NCBI RefSeq assembly: GCF_020745735.1
Contig: NC_083407.1
Span: 29,813,857-29,877,856, forward strand
DNA: 64,000 bases
Direction: 5' to 3'
DNA from: Hemiscyllium ocellatum
Taxonomy: Eukaryota
Shown: positions 24,209-36,582 of the stretch, piece by piece
Layout of the letters: each line of letters begins with the position of its first letter
Numbering within the stretch: position 1 is the stretch's first letter
The notes under the pieces: generated by a model
Databases searched by the model: none
The model's input: the letters and a program-made list of their open reading frames with translations, nothing else
What the model was told of the DNA's origin: nothing
Made by a program: the position numbers and the translations under genes

Positions 24209-25995
24209 ACATGTTTTTTTGTGTGGCTCATAATAGGCAGATTATTGTCTATGTTCAGACTGTGCTTGCCAAAACTCCAAACAAAACATGTACAGTTAGA
24301 TGAAATTGCACAATTGGCTAGTTTTTGCTGAGTAGTTACATGAACAAGCAATTGATTTGAGTTTGTAATCTGTCTCATTTATACCTGCTGGAAATCATTT
24401 ATTTTCATATGCAGGGATATATTCTCTGTAACCAAAAGAAATTTGTCCAAGCCTTGCACATTTTTGAATTACCTGAGAACTCTAGGAGCCGACAGATTCC
24501 CACTGGCAATGCCTCAACCAATCAGCGTTGATTTGCCAAAATATCCGCTTTTTTTTTGCTCTTGTAGTATGAATCACTGTGACTGTTAAAAGTTTGGTCT
24601 TCTTATGTTTGTCCTGATCTGCACACAACAAAAAGATGTCTCTCTTTTCAGTAATTATTCTCCATAGAGTGAAAGATGTTTGGATCAAACAAACATTGAC
24701 CCTCATGTAACAGGTTAGTTTGTGGTGGGACTCAATTAGCTTTTTGGCTTTTTTTGCCTAATTAGTTGCTCTAGCATAATTTGTGATTAACTTTAATCAA
24801 TAGCCTAATTACGTTTATTCCGATTTCAAAATAGACACGAGAAAGATCATCAAATGATTCAAATGCATATTTTTACACAAAAAATTATAGCAGCTAATAC
24901 AGTTAGAATAGCTACAACTAAATGAGGAAGGATTCATCATTATAGTAAGTAAATATTAGACTGTCCTAATTTTATGGAGTCAAAAGTCTTTGCTTTGTTT
25001 CAACCCTGTAGAGTAAAAGATGATTTTTTTTTAAATGAATAATCGATTGGGGAGCCTGAGATACCCCAGGATTCTCAAGGTTTAACATTTTGCAGGTTCA
25101 AAGTTATAAAACTGCTTACATTTTCTACAATGTATTTATACCCTTTGTACATTCTGGAGAATCAATATTTCTCTATTTTCCCAAGAGTGATGGTCTGCTG
25201 AAAAACTTGGATTTTCTCCGTGGTTAGCCCACAATGGGAAATGTATGTGCATGGCTGACTTTCCCAGAGAGCTGTGGCATTCCTTACCATATAAAAAGCA
25301 ATTGCCTAGGCATATGTTATTAATCAGTGCACACGTCTCCAATGGCATTACAGTTTTTTTATAAAGCTAGATTTTGATTTTTGGAATAATCCTATTCGTG
25401 ATGAAGGTAGCATTTTTGCTGCCAGTAAATTAGGCAAGGACGGATCTTATTTAGTTGCAAATCCTCAAAGGAAATTCTATACAGACTGATTGTGGTAGTT
25501 TACATACTCCCTACTCTGCAAGTCTTAGTAATGACTGATACATTAGCTTTCAACAACTCCATATCAAGTTATCTCAATTGTCAGACAGGCTATAACGGAG
25601 GATATTTTGCAAAGATAGAGCATCTTATCCTGTGAAGAAAAAGTCACTGCGTATTTTCTCCTTGTTCAAAAATAATTCCGAGACCTGGCACATTTTATGA
25701 TGGAAAGCAAGAGTCTGTGATCATTCCATTGTCAAAATGAGACAGTTATGAAGATGAATAAAAAGAGTTGAACTAAAATACGAACAATATCAAACCCTTT
25801 CCACATTATTTTGCTGTCAACTTTAAAGATAGAAAATAGTGCTATTGTAACAAAGTTCTGGAATTTACATTGATCCAGGCTGGCTACACGGGTGTCTGAG
25901 AGATTAGGTGAACCAGTCTTAGGCTTCTGACATTGTGTCTACTAGCTATAGAAATGGGGCTGATGCTTGCTTCAAATGCAATGGCATCTGAGTTT

Positions 25996-26799
25996 TGTTA
26001 TGACCATTGCCCAAGTGAAGGTCGAATTTATTACAGTTGAAATAGCCTGAATTAATAAGCTCCCAGGTAGGGAGGAATAATCCCCTACTTCATTCAGTTG
26101 CCCCTCATTTGGTCACGGTCATTAGAAAGAATTGCCTTCCTTTCTTCCATATCAATTGAAATTTGTTTTCAAAGGAGCCAGTTTAAACAGGATGTTTTGA
26201 GTAAACCAAAGAGTGAGTTTATTAGTTGCTAAGTCTGTCAAGAAATAGTAATGTAACAGACATACACACAGATTAGAAATGAATAGTGAATTCAAAGAAA
26301 AGATAAAAGCTACAGGAGTAGTCTCTAGGTGGTTTGTGACAGGCAGATAGTGGAACATTGATGCTGGAACAGTTGACTTTTAAGTAGGTTTTGGAAGGTG
26401 ATAGTTGAACAGCTGATTCCAAGATTCTTGGATTTGCAGGTTAGTTATTTTTTGTCCTGTTTCATTTTGAACATTTTGCTAACCGACTTCCAGCACTCAG
26501 ATAATGAGAGTCTTTTACTTGCAATGCAGAGTTGACTAACAGATTGTTCCTTATGACTTTCATGGCACAACAACATTCAAACCCAGGCTTTTAACCAGTG
26601 AATCTTTAAAAGGCAATAGTGCAAATATGTCTCACACCCAGATTGCTGACTTACTTTATCATCATATTTATAGTCTGAGATACTCACAGAGATTGTAGTT
26701 TACTGCATAGTGTATTTCATCGGCCTGTTCAGGTGTGATATTCCAGAGTTCTTCTGAGACAGTCACAATACTTTCATCCACTTTCATCTTTTGGCTGCA
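25996..26799 (-). repeat. Probable 3' LTR of the Gmr1-like element
   Basis: On the minus strand a purine tract AAAAAGATGGAGG directly precedes TG at 26799; the segment ends GGTCATAACA at 25996 and contains AATAAA signals. Confidence 0.5.
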
Positions 26800-26991
26800 C
26801 CTCCATCTTTTTAAAATAAACTATGTTGCAATTTAAGTTCAATTATCCATGGATGATCTGAGAGTGTGATCTGTGGCCATGACATTTCATTGCAAAAAGG
26901 AGAAAATTAAGAAAAAAACATAAAACAGCAGACATATTCATTCCTCCAGCCATAGCAATTGTATTTCTTCAATTTTAAATGTGTTTCTCTT

Positions 26992-27400
26992 CAGGTTCTG
27001 CATTGGTTGTCTGCAATTACTTTGTATTTCCTGGCAATGGCGTTTTATAACTCATGCAGTTGAAGGAATAAACTCCAGTAGAATAATCTGGCCTTCTGTG
27101 TCATAAACTTTGTGCAAATGCTTTCAGATTATGATCAATATAGATTGTCATCTCTTTATAACTATTTTGGATATATTTCTCAAAGTCATTGAGAGATAGC
27201 TATAATCCGAGGGTTTCCATCTCTATTTTGAATTATCATTTCTGATCCTTGTGAGTTTTTTAATATCATTATTTAGATTAATCTTCCTGAAGGAGGACAG
27301 CTGATGTCATTCTCATCGATGGCAAACTTAATGCTTGTTAAATGTTTGGAGCTACAAGCACATATTTGCTTGTTAAAAAGGCCTTCAATTTTTCAAAAGT
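26992..27400 (-). pseudogene. Gypsy RNase H domain remnant
   Basis: FAIDEND..VLLQED, ETLGL*LSLNDFEKYI..MTIYIDHN, KARLFYWSLFLQ and VIADNQCR correspond to the AIDASD, YTDHNPL, RLFRWSL and VIADALSR motifs. Confidence 0.8.
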
Positions 27401-27780
27401 AGTTAGGCATTTCTCAGTCCGTGCTACCCTCATTATTTTTCTAAAATAGGTCTGTCTGCAACACAGCTGCTATGCTAACATTTGGGATGCAATTTTAGTA
27501 GAACCCACACATTCTCAAAAACCTCATGATTTCCCATCTTGTTACAGGAGTAGGGAACTGTATTGCTTATGGCTTGACCCTTTGCGGCTCTGCGCAGTAC
27601 TTGTCCTTGAGCCACTAATTGTTTGAGATAGGGTTAATTGTGTCTTCACAAACTCATTCCTTGATAGTTTGGCTTTGGGGTCAGTTGACCATATTTTTCA
27701 GATGATGTGTGTCCAGTTGCTCTAAGTGCATTTCCAGATTTCACTGTACAGTAGGAGGTCACCTAGGTTAACCACACTAG

Positions 27781-27888
27781 TGTTAGGTAAAGGGGTAAAT
27801 GTAGGGGAATGGGTGGGTTGCGCTTCGATGGGTCGGTGTGGACTTGTTGGACCGAAGGGCCTGTTTCCACACTGTAAGTAATCTAATT
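27781..27888 (+). mobile_element. HE1-type SINE 3' tail
   Basis: GGTCGGTGTGGACTTGTTGGACCGAAGGGCCTGTTTCCACACTGTAAGTAATCTAAT. Confidence 0.8.
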
Positions 27889-27899
27889 ATGTGAGCCTG

Positions 27900-28472
27900 T
27901 GTGACAATACTGTCACTTTATAAAGGTTCTTTTGTCCTTAGCTTTTTTGAAGACAGGTCGTAAAGGCAGAAGTACCTAAGAGTCGAGGGAGTTTAACAGT
28001 TTAACAATGGAAAGGGAGTGGCCTGTTCTCCCAGTTCATGTTTTGTCAAGTTTTTTTGCTGTAGCAGTTACAAGATGTTGGAGAAATGTCGCAAGCTTCA
28101 GTAAAGGATTCCTCTGACTTTCTCTGAAATCTCTCTCTGAATGTTGTTCCCTTCTGCCGTAAGAATCTGTGTTTGAATTTACCTTTTTTGCCAAGGGATG
28201 TGTTTATGGGATGTTACTAGACTGGAACAGTTAACTAGTTAAGTTGCTGAATTGGATTGGTTAAGTTTTTCAATAGTTCAATTACTCTAAATTCTGCTTT
28301 CATTTTTTTTCATTTTCCAAAGGTAGTGTTTAAACTAATTTTGTTCTGTTTAAAGCTGAGTGGTTTGACCAGCTGGAACACCCACTTCAAATCTGCCTTT
28401 AAAATAAGGAAAGGTTATTGTCTAGGCTACACTGTAAAAATATATTGAGGGGGTCTGGCCTAGTCTATAACA
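27900..28472 (+). mobile_element. Solo LTR inserted into the fossil Gypsy RT
   Basis: Begins TGTGAC and ends TATAACA; flanked by CCTG/CCTC (3 of 4 match, TSD-like); RT similarity resumes on both sides. Confidence 0.7.
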
Positions 28473-28829
28473 CCTCCCATTGGTTCATAAGACTTTGAAA
28501 AGTGGCTAGTTATTTTGGAGTCTGCGTGGCATGATTTAACATAGGTACATTCAGGACTGTGAAGGTAGAGATTTCCTTCAGGCATGCAGTCAATGGAACC
28601 TTCTTGTATCCATTGTGTATCACTATCTTGGCAAGTTTGGGAGTTTCACCAAATCTATCTATGCAAACTTACAGCCAGTGGATCAGGAGTTGGCTGTGAG
28701 TGCTGCATAAAGTTTTGATAGTCACTGCAGAGCCATGTGAACCTATCTAGTTTGGCATGAGAATAGCTGTGGAGCTCCAGCTAGTATTGCTAAGCTCCAT
28801 TAGTTAGTTTTCCTGCACCTAATTGTTAG

Positions 28830-30435
28830 AGAAAAGGATGAAGTATTTGCAACAATGTTCAGCCTGAAATACCGAGCAGATGATCCATCTTGGCCTCCTC
28901 CTGGGATTCCCAGTATCACAGATGCTAGTCTTCAGTCAATTCAATTCACTGCGCCTGACATCAAGAGACAGCTGGATATATTAGATGCTGCAAAGGCAAT
29001 GGGCCCTGACAACATTCTGGTAATAGTACTTAAGACATGTGCCTTGCTCCCTTAGCCCAATCTGTTCAACATTGATATCTCCCTGCCAATGTGGAAATTT
29101 GCCTGGATATATCCTGTACACAAAAAGTAGGACAAATCCAATTATGGTCCATTACCATTCCATCAATCTATTCTCAATCATCGCTAAAATGATGGAAGAT
29201 ATCATTCAATAGTCCTTCCAGTAGCACCTGCTCAGCAATATTGTGCTAATTGATGTTCAGTTTGGGTCCCACCAGAGCCACTCATTCCTGCTCTCAGGAT
29301 AGTCTTGGTTTAAACATGGACAAAAGAGCTGAATCTCAGAGTTGAGCTGGGACTGACAGCCCTTGACTTCAATACCATAATTGAGTGAATGCCCCATCAG
29401 ATCATACAATGCTATAGTCAGTGGGTATCAAGTGAAAATCTCTCCCCCAGATACAGTCATAATTAGTACAAAGGAAGATAGTTGTGGTTGTTGTGGGTCA
29501 GTCATTTTGGCTCCAGGACATCTTTGCAAGAGTTTCCCAGGGAAGTGCTCAAGCCCCAACCATCTTCAGTTGCTTCATCATTGATCTTGCCTACATCATA
29601 AGTCCAGAGATAGGTATGTTTGTTGATGATTTCATGACATTTGGCACTATTTCTTATTTCTCAGATACTGAAGCAGTCCTTGTCCAAATGCAGCAAGACC
29701 CGAAATATCCAGGTTTGGGCTGACAAGTGGCAAGTAATATTCATGCTACACATACTATGCAATGGCCATCTCCAACAAGGGAGAATCCAGTCACCATCCC
29801 TTAATAGTCAATGGCATTAGCATCATTAAACTCTCCCATTATCAACATCCTGGGGGTTACCATTGACCAGAAACTGAACTGGGCTCACCATATAAATATC
29901 AAGAGCAGGTCACAGGCTAGGAATCCTGCACTGAGTAAAAGCCTGATAATGAGCTACAGGGTATACCTTAAGAATGTCATTGATTATTACCCACTTGCTT
30001 GAATGATTGCGCCACCAACACTCACGAAGCTTGAAATCATCCAGGACAATGAAGCCCACTTGAATGGCTTCAAAGCTATAAAAATACATTTACTTCATCC
30101 CTGATGTTCAGGAGCAGCAGTCTGCACCATTGCAAGATGCATGATAGAAATTCACCAAGTTACTTTGACCGCCACTTCCAAACTCATGATTGCCACCAAC
30201 TAGAAAGACATGGGCAATAGATACATGGGATCACCACTACCTACTTGTTCTCCTCCAAGCCTCTCACTATCCTAACTTGGAAATATATTAGATTGCTTCA
30301 GTGTCACTAGGTCAACATCCTGGAAATCCCTCGGTAACACCATATGGATTGTAGCAGTGGAAGGCAGTAGCTCACCTTCACCTTCTCAAGGGCAACAAGG
30401 GCCAGCTGACAATGCCCACCTCCCATGAATAAAAA
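28830..30435 (+). mobile_element. Degenerate non-LTR retrotransposon (CR1/L2 group, family distinct from HER1), 3' half
   Basis: LDAAKAMGPDNI..VLKTCA, QFGS, VSQGSAQAPTIFSCFI, MFVDD, ILGVTIDQKLNW; ends CCCATGAATAAAAA. Confidence 0.82.
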
Positions 30436-30789
30436 CAAACTGTCTTTTGGGAGGACCCACAACGTGCAGAACGAAGGCAAATCAGTCTGGAAATTCTCAC
30501 TATAAGCCCTAAGTGCAGTGAGCAGCTTTGTTAAGTCTGTTTACTGTTTGGCACCTAGGTGGGCAAATGAGGAGTTTCAGTTTGCTAGTATTTCAGTATG
30601 GGTTAGACAAGCAGTAGGGGGGTCAATGCAATTCTCAATCACATCTCCTTCTACCTTTCCCCAGTGCTACTTATGTCCTCTTGTTTAGAGCAATAGGACA
30701 GACCATTGCCTGTTGTTCCCTCTTTGGCAGTTGTATTACTTTACCATTTGATATGGCAGAGTCTCTATTTAGTTTTTTTTCAATCTGAG

Positions 30790-31720
30790 CTCTCTATCAG
30801 ATTTTTCACTTCCTCCAGCTCCATGACTATTCCAAATGGGCTCTTGAGGAATTTAAGGATGTGCAAGATATTGGAAGGAGCACTAACATCGTTTTCAGCC
30901 TGAAATGTTTGGACACTTGAATATTTGTCTGTTCCTTTATGATTGTCCAGGAAATATTCAAGTTTCTTTGGCTAATTCACAGGCTAGTAAGAGATATTCT
31001 TGGAACTCTGCTACATAGTGTAATGTGAAGATTTTCTTATTCTGTTCTGGAAATCTTCCTTTGATAGATTTTAGAGACCTTTGTGCCCATAAACTAATTC
31101 AAGCTGAGGAAAACCAGTGGATTCACGCATTGAGTCCCTGGTGGGTAACACGAAAATTTGGTTCTTGATCCCAATCATGGCAGGACACCGTGATCATTAT
31201 TTTTGAAGTCTCGTATTAAGATTCTAATGCCCCCTTGAATGCAGGTAATATTCTAGACTTGAATTGTATCAAATCCAGATAACCCATGAGCCCTGACCCA
31301 GCTGAATCTTGGTATGCAAACTGTACCCTGGTAAAGAATAAGGTCAATTCCCTCACCAGTGTTTTGCAGATATGGTCCTCAGAGGAACAGTCTCTGGTAA
31401 GTGAGTAGCTATGTTCATGATTATGAAGGAACACAGGTAGCCTCCGTTTATTTGGTGCATCAGTTCCCAAACAGTCTGCTAATACCTTGCTGAATGGTTG
31501 CTCAAAAGCCAACACGGGACTCATAAATGAAGCTTTCATTGCAGGTGGTGTTTCCCACAAACTGGCAGTTAAAGCAACTTGTGAAAAACCTTACTACGTC
31601 CTTATGGAGTTGTGGTCAATGCAATTGCTGACTGACACAGGCTTAGGTTTACTGTATACTGACATGCCGAGCTATTGGAATTTCATGGAGCTAGCTGTAA
31701 TATTCCTCTCGGGAACCTTG
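30790..31720 (-). pseudogene. Gypsy integrase remnant located upstream of RT
   Basis: HEIPIARH..LHKDVVRFFTSCFNCQ (HHCC finger), PFSKVLADCLG, PETVPLRTISAK, ELTLFFTR, IQLGQGS, ESTGFPQLELVYGH, LVLLP. Confidence 0.85.
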
Positions 31721-32029
31721 CCAGCAACACAACTGCTGGGTCACTGTCCACTCATTTGCATGACTGTGGTTATGGGTCTCCTTTTCCTCATTGGCATCTG
31801 ATTTTTAACGCAACAGAATTTGAAGACTCCTTCTGCATCAGCTTCAGCATGAACAGTCTGAGCTATTATTTTTTAACAGTAATTCAGCTTGCTGGGCAGC
31901 TGCCAAGCTATTTATTACCTCTCTGGGGTCTTCTAGACTCCCCGAAATGTTTCAAGACTGGTGAATCCTCTATTTTCAGTGCCACCTCAGCCAACCCCAG
32001 CTGACCTTGTCTGCCGTACAGCACATGAC

Positions 32030-32390
32030 CATACAGTCCAAGAAACTGCCAGCCATATCCTCCTGTAGCTGTTCAGTGTCCCTGACCTCAGTGAGCTGCT
32101 CAGAGACTGCTGGGGCTGGCATTAACCTTGCTGCCATCCAGATACTGCTGAGGTGGAGGTCAATCCCATTCCAAAGGTCGAGTGGGGATGACTTCCATAG
32201 CTACTGGTCCTGATATAGGGTCACACTGCAGCTTGCCTCAGTTAAGGGGGAATGGACATGAAACCCCTCTCCAATTCTTTTTACCAATGCCTTGACATTT
32301 TCTGCACTCTATGGTAGGAAGGACATACCTTTTCCCAGTAGCACTGATTAACTGGATCTTGGTACCTTCAATATCACCAGGTTTGCTCTC
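32030..32390 (-). pseudogene. Gypsy aspartic protease remnant
   Basis: LVILKVPRSS*SVLL (decayed ILRDTGASQSLL), LQCDPISGPVAMEVIP, NGIDLHLSS. Confidence 0.65.
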
Positions 32391-32589
32391 ATTGTGTGCC
32401 GAAGGGCCCGTTCCTGTGTTGTACAGTTCTGTTTGTTTAGGGAATTTTGGCCACTATGCATTTGGATATAAAATCATGGTAACTTTGAGGGATTCACCTG
32501 CACTCTCAGGAGTATCTTTGCAGGAGTCAGGGCTGCAGACTGAGCCATAACCTGGTCTGCTATACCCTCTGACTAACTCCCATTGTCTG

Positions 32590-33990
32590 TATACCTCAAT
32601 GAGTCACATTGGCTTTTCCTGTAGTGTCCAGCTGTCGGATCAGACAGGCCTCACCTTTTGTCAGTCAAAGCAGGCAAGCTTCTTAACCTCACCTTTCACC
32701 TCAACACCACCATTTCTGTCCTGAGGAAGGCTACCAGCATTTTCCTCTGTCCCACTGGTGTTCAGTTTCTTACCAATCTACCCACCTCTATCCTTCCCAG
32801 CTGGTTTGAGTGACAACTGAAGGCTTTTCTCTCTGGAACTGGAAGTTGTAGATCAGCTCATAATTACTAGGTAGTGTGGCTGCCTGCCAGAAATCAATCA
32901 TTTTCTCACCCTCTGGGTGCATTCTTATTGGAAAGGGTATAGTGTAGTTAAACTCTTCAAAGAGAAATATTTCTTAGACAACTTTTTCTCTGTTAAATTC
33001 ATTGGTCCACTCATTAAAGTAAGTTGCTTAAGCCTTTTACATTCCAAGTACACCTGGTCAGGCCATTTCCTGAGGGTACACCTTGGGCATTAATTGATGT
33101 GCACTTAAGCAAAACCTTTTTACCACTTCATATTCAGTCACGCTTTCCTCAGGCAATGGGCATTCATAGAATTATAGAATTTTACACTACAGACGTAGGC
33201 CACTCGACCCATCATGTCTGTGTAGGCTCTGGAATAGCTACCAAGCTAGTCCCATTCTCTATCTCTTCCTCTGTAGCCCACTATATATATATAGTGATAT
33301 ATATCACTTTCAAATATATAGCCAGCTGTCTTTTGAAAGCTCCACCACTCTCCCAGGCAGTGCATTGAAAATTCGAACAACTCTTTTAATGACGAAGTTT
33401 TTCCTCATCTCAGTCCTTGCTCTCTTTCTGACAATCATGAAATTGTGACCCCCATTTACTGACATACCAACTAGTAGAATCAAATATCCTATTACTCTGC
33501 ACTAATAAGGGTGACTGTTGGACTGGCCACTTCAACAGCTGTGCTACCCACTCAAAATGGACAACAAAGGGTTCCAACTCTACCACGTCAACGGAGGAAT
33601 TAAATGAGCAAACCAATTTACCTCTGGCCGTAATCTTGCCAGTGGTGTTTTTATGGGACAGAGTAGGACTCCTGCCCTTCAGTTAGAGATGCTTTCATTT
33701 GAATTTTCTTTTGTACTGTTTTTCTCACAATTCTCTCTTGTCTCCTTGCTCTGTCCTCTCCTTCCCATCTCTAGCTCTCATTCTCCTCTCTCCCCCTCTC
33801 TCTTGCAACCTTCTGTATGTGTGTGTGTGTGTGTCTATGCCTTCCTCTTTTTCTTGAAATTCTAATTTCCATTGCTTCAATTTCCATCATTTCCAGTTTC
33901 AACCTGTAAACTACTGATCACCCCTTTTAAAATTTAAGGTTTCCTGCTGTGACATCACAGAGATTTTCTGAGACAGCCACTGGATTTATA
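32590..33990 (-). pseudogene. Gmr1-type gag remnant (coiled coil, capsid/SCAN-related region, decayed CCHC knuckle)
   Basis: EPFVVHFEWVAQLLKWP..LLVQS, EYEVVKRFCLSAHQLMPKVYPQ, EIFLFEEFN..IRMH..QAATLPSNYELI, ACFD*QKVRPV*SDSW. Confidence 0.75.
33165..33490 (-). mobile_element. CR1 3' fragment nested in the Gypsy gag
   Basis: CATAGAATTATAGAAT tail and GGCCACTCGACCCATC; gag similarity lies on both sides. Confidence 0.65.
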
Positions 33991-34537
33991 TTTAAAGTTA
34001 TCTTTTAGCTGTATCAACTCTCTTTCAAAAATACACATGCATTGCAATTAAACATTCAGTGTGTCCAATGGTGCTCTGAGGTTATGATTCATGTTCATGA
34101 AACTTTTGATGTAAGATAGATAATAGTAGACAAAATGTAATCAATGTTTTAAGCACCAGGAATAAATTTATATTCTGCCTCTTTAGGGCACTTTGAATAT
34201 GGCAACACACATAGCATATTTAGTAAACATTGTCAGTCTGCAATACAGCCTGAGAGGAGGAGAATCAATGAATTTCCAGGCTTCTTATTCAATGGAGCAA
34301 ATACCTTCTGAAAATAATATGCAATGGTTTACTTATGGAGAAAATAATGACTTTCCGAGTCAAAAGAATATTCTATGGCATTGCATAAATCCTATGTATG
34401 TACGGAGATAACATATCCATTTATGTAATTTGTGGAGCAGGATTGGTATGAAGTACTTTGCTTGCAAACTGTAAGTTATATTTTCTTGAGTTAAGAAGGT
34501 CCACTTTTCCTGGGCTGATATTGACCTCCACTTCCAT

Positions 34538-34760
34538 TAAAGTTACAAATCACACAACACTAGGTTATAGATCTAGGTTTAATTGGAAGCACTAGCTTTC
34601 GGAGTGCCACTCCTTTATCAAGTGGTTACATGCACAACTACCTGATGAAGGAGCAGCACTCCGAACACTAGTGCTTCCGATTAAACCTGTTGGACTATAA
34701 CCTGGTGTTGTGTGATTTGTAACTTTGTACACCCCAGTCCAACACCGGCATCTCCAATTC
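34538..34760. mobile_element. Inverted dimer of Penelope-terminal sequence (another family) with TSD
   Basis: About 90-bp arms AAAGTTACAAATCACACAACAC.. and ..GTGTTGTGTGATTTGTAACTTT; CTGATGA-A-GGAG-CAGCA-CTCC-GAAC at 34642-34666; CTTCC(A/G)TTAA at 34531-34540 and 34762-34771. Confidence 0.8.
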
Positions 34761-35619
34761 TCTTCCGTTAACAGTGGGAGCTTGGATAAAAATTAAGCCC
34801 AACTGTTGGGAAATTAAAGTAGCCTGAGTTCTGGTGAAGAATCTAAGCCATTGCATTAACTGCTCTCTCCTCTGAAATGGTACCATATTTGTGCCAATGT
34901 ATTTTTCATAAATACTTTAATTTTTATGGGAGCTATTTTAAGCAGCGGTACTGTGGGTTATTTTTGATCAACTCAAATTATCAGCAGGACAAATGTTTTC
35001 CATCAAATGTCATTACATGCTAAACTATAGAAGCTCTGAATATTACGAGATTTTTAAAATTTCAACTTTCCCTGTGAATCTAATAAAGCACTTTGCAAAT
35101 TGTTGGATTTTTACTTTTTCTATATGTGCAGATAAATGAATTGACAAATTTTATTTAGTTGGGTGAGCATTACACTTCGCAACCAATGAGTTATGAATTC
35201 AATATTCAAATCTCTTGCATATTTTAGTTTTTGGTTTTTCTACCAGATAAAATAATACCTGGAGTGGAGCATTTCACCTCATGTGAGATGGAAAAAAGCA
35301 CAATTTCACCAAATACCCGATATGTTAAAGGAGAGGGCAGGCTGAGCTCTCAAGCTAAAACGCCAGTTTAGTCGGCCTTAAGCATTAAACAATACCTTAG
35401 TGAAGGATTTTGAACCAGCATTAGGACTGCCACCTGGGGCCTTCTTGAATAGATGATTTCCCTTAAAATGCCCGCTAAAGCTCATTAAGGATCAAAGCAT
35501 TTTGGTGACTGTCATGTCACAAACTGCATTCCCAACAGCAACAAGGCATTTAGGAATAAACATGGCGTTGATTTCAATTTGAAATACTACTGGAAATGAA
35601 ACCACTTAAAGGGAACCTA

Positions 35620-36010
35620 ATAAGACCATAAGACATAGGAGTGGAAGTAAGGCCATTTGGCCCATCGAGTCCACTCTGCCATTCAATCATGGCTGATGGG
35701 CATTTCAACTCCACTTACCAGCGTTCTCCCCGTAGCCCTTAATTCCTCGAGACAACAAGAATCTGTCAATCTCTGCCTTGAAGACATTTAGCATCTCGGC
35801 CTCCACTGCATTCTGTGGCAATGAATTCTACAGGCCCACTACCCTCTGGCTGAAGAAATGTCTCCGCATTTCTGTTCTGAATTGACCCCCTCTAATTCTA
35901 AGGCTGTGTCCACGGGTCCTAGTCTCCTCGCCTAATGGAAACAATTTCCTAGCGTCCTCCCTTTCCAAGCCATGTATTATCTTGTACGTCTCTATTAAGT
36001 CTCCCCTTAA
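35620..36010 (-). mobile_element. CR1 3' fragment
   Basis: LRGDLIETYKIIHGL..LFPLGEETRTRGHSLRIRGGQFRTEMRRHFFSQRVVGL; TAAGACCATAAGACATAG tail. Confidence 0.88.
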
Positions 36011-36415
36011 TGATTCCATCAGCATTGCTGTTGGAGGTGGCATTGTTGAGGCCCTCTGAAACACATCAGAACATCTTTGGAAAAATTTTATCAACACTTC
36101 ACCAATACTCCAGCACTTTTTGTTTTGAAAGTTTTTTGAGGATTTCTCTTACAAGAATGCGCTACTCCTTGTTGTTCATGCACATTTTTTTAGGGGTGTT
36201 ACGTTTTCAGGCAAAGAATGGGAGAGGAATCTGGGCCAGATAAAGTTGCACCACCAACTACAGGAGAGAGGAATGATGTTTGCAAGGTTGGGGGTGGGGG
36301 GGGGAGCTGGTATCGGGGGTAAGATGTGAGAAGGACAAAATATTATCTTTCTCTTGTCGGCAAAAGACGTCCCTCCTCTTCTCGACCACCTTCCATCAGC
36401 ACTTCCAGTAACACA

Positions 36416-36582
36416 GGAGACAAACAGGATGTTGGAAGAGTGCAGGAATACAGGAAAAATCAATGTTTCAGATATTAACCCTGCTCCACCTCCTCATGCT
36501 GCTTGGCTTGTTGCGTTCTTCCAGCTTCCTGTTTGTCTATTTTGGACTCCATTATCTGCAGCTTTTTTTTGTCTCCAATCTT
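36416..36582. mobile_element. Centrally deleted inverted Penelope-terminal dimer with 10-bp TSD
   Basis: Arms AGACAAACAGGA..TGGAAGA and TCTTCCAGCTTCCTGTTTGTCT; CAGTAACACA at 36406-36415 and 36583-36592. Confidence 0.65.

Larger units (their letters stand above)
27400..28830 (-). pseudogene. Gypsy reverse transcriptase remnant, split by a solo LTR and a SINE tail
   Basis: SWSSTAILMP, LCSDYQNFYA, GYKKVPLT..KEISTF, ATFQSLMN, NLGDLLLYS (decayed YIDD), EIMRFLRMCGFY. Confidence 0.82.
25996..33990 (-). mobile_element. Fossil Gmr1-like Ty3/Gypsy LTR retrotransposon (gag-PR-INT-RT-RNaseH plus probable 3' LTR) with nested insertions
   Basis: Hand translation of the minus strand finds degenerate domains in the order gag, protease, integrase, RT, RNase H (see sub-features). 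No 5' LTR was recognised. Confidence 0.85.

Noticed and set aside
26970-27110. Strong plus-strand splice acceptor at ~26994
   Set aside because: No donor or sustained open frame; it is the antisense of the Gypsy RNase H end.
34000-34530. 5' LTR and primer-binding site of the Gmr1-like element
   Set aside because: No recognisable similarity to 25996-26799 and no convincing PBS.
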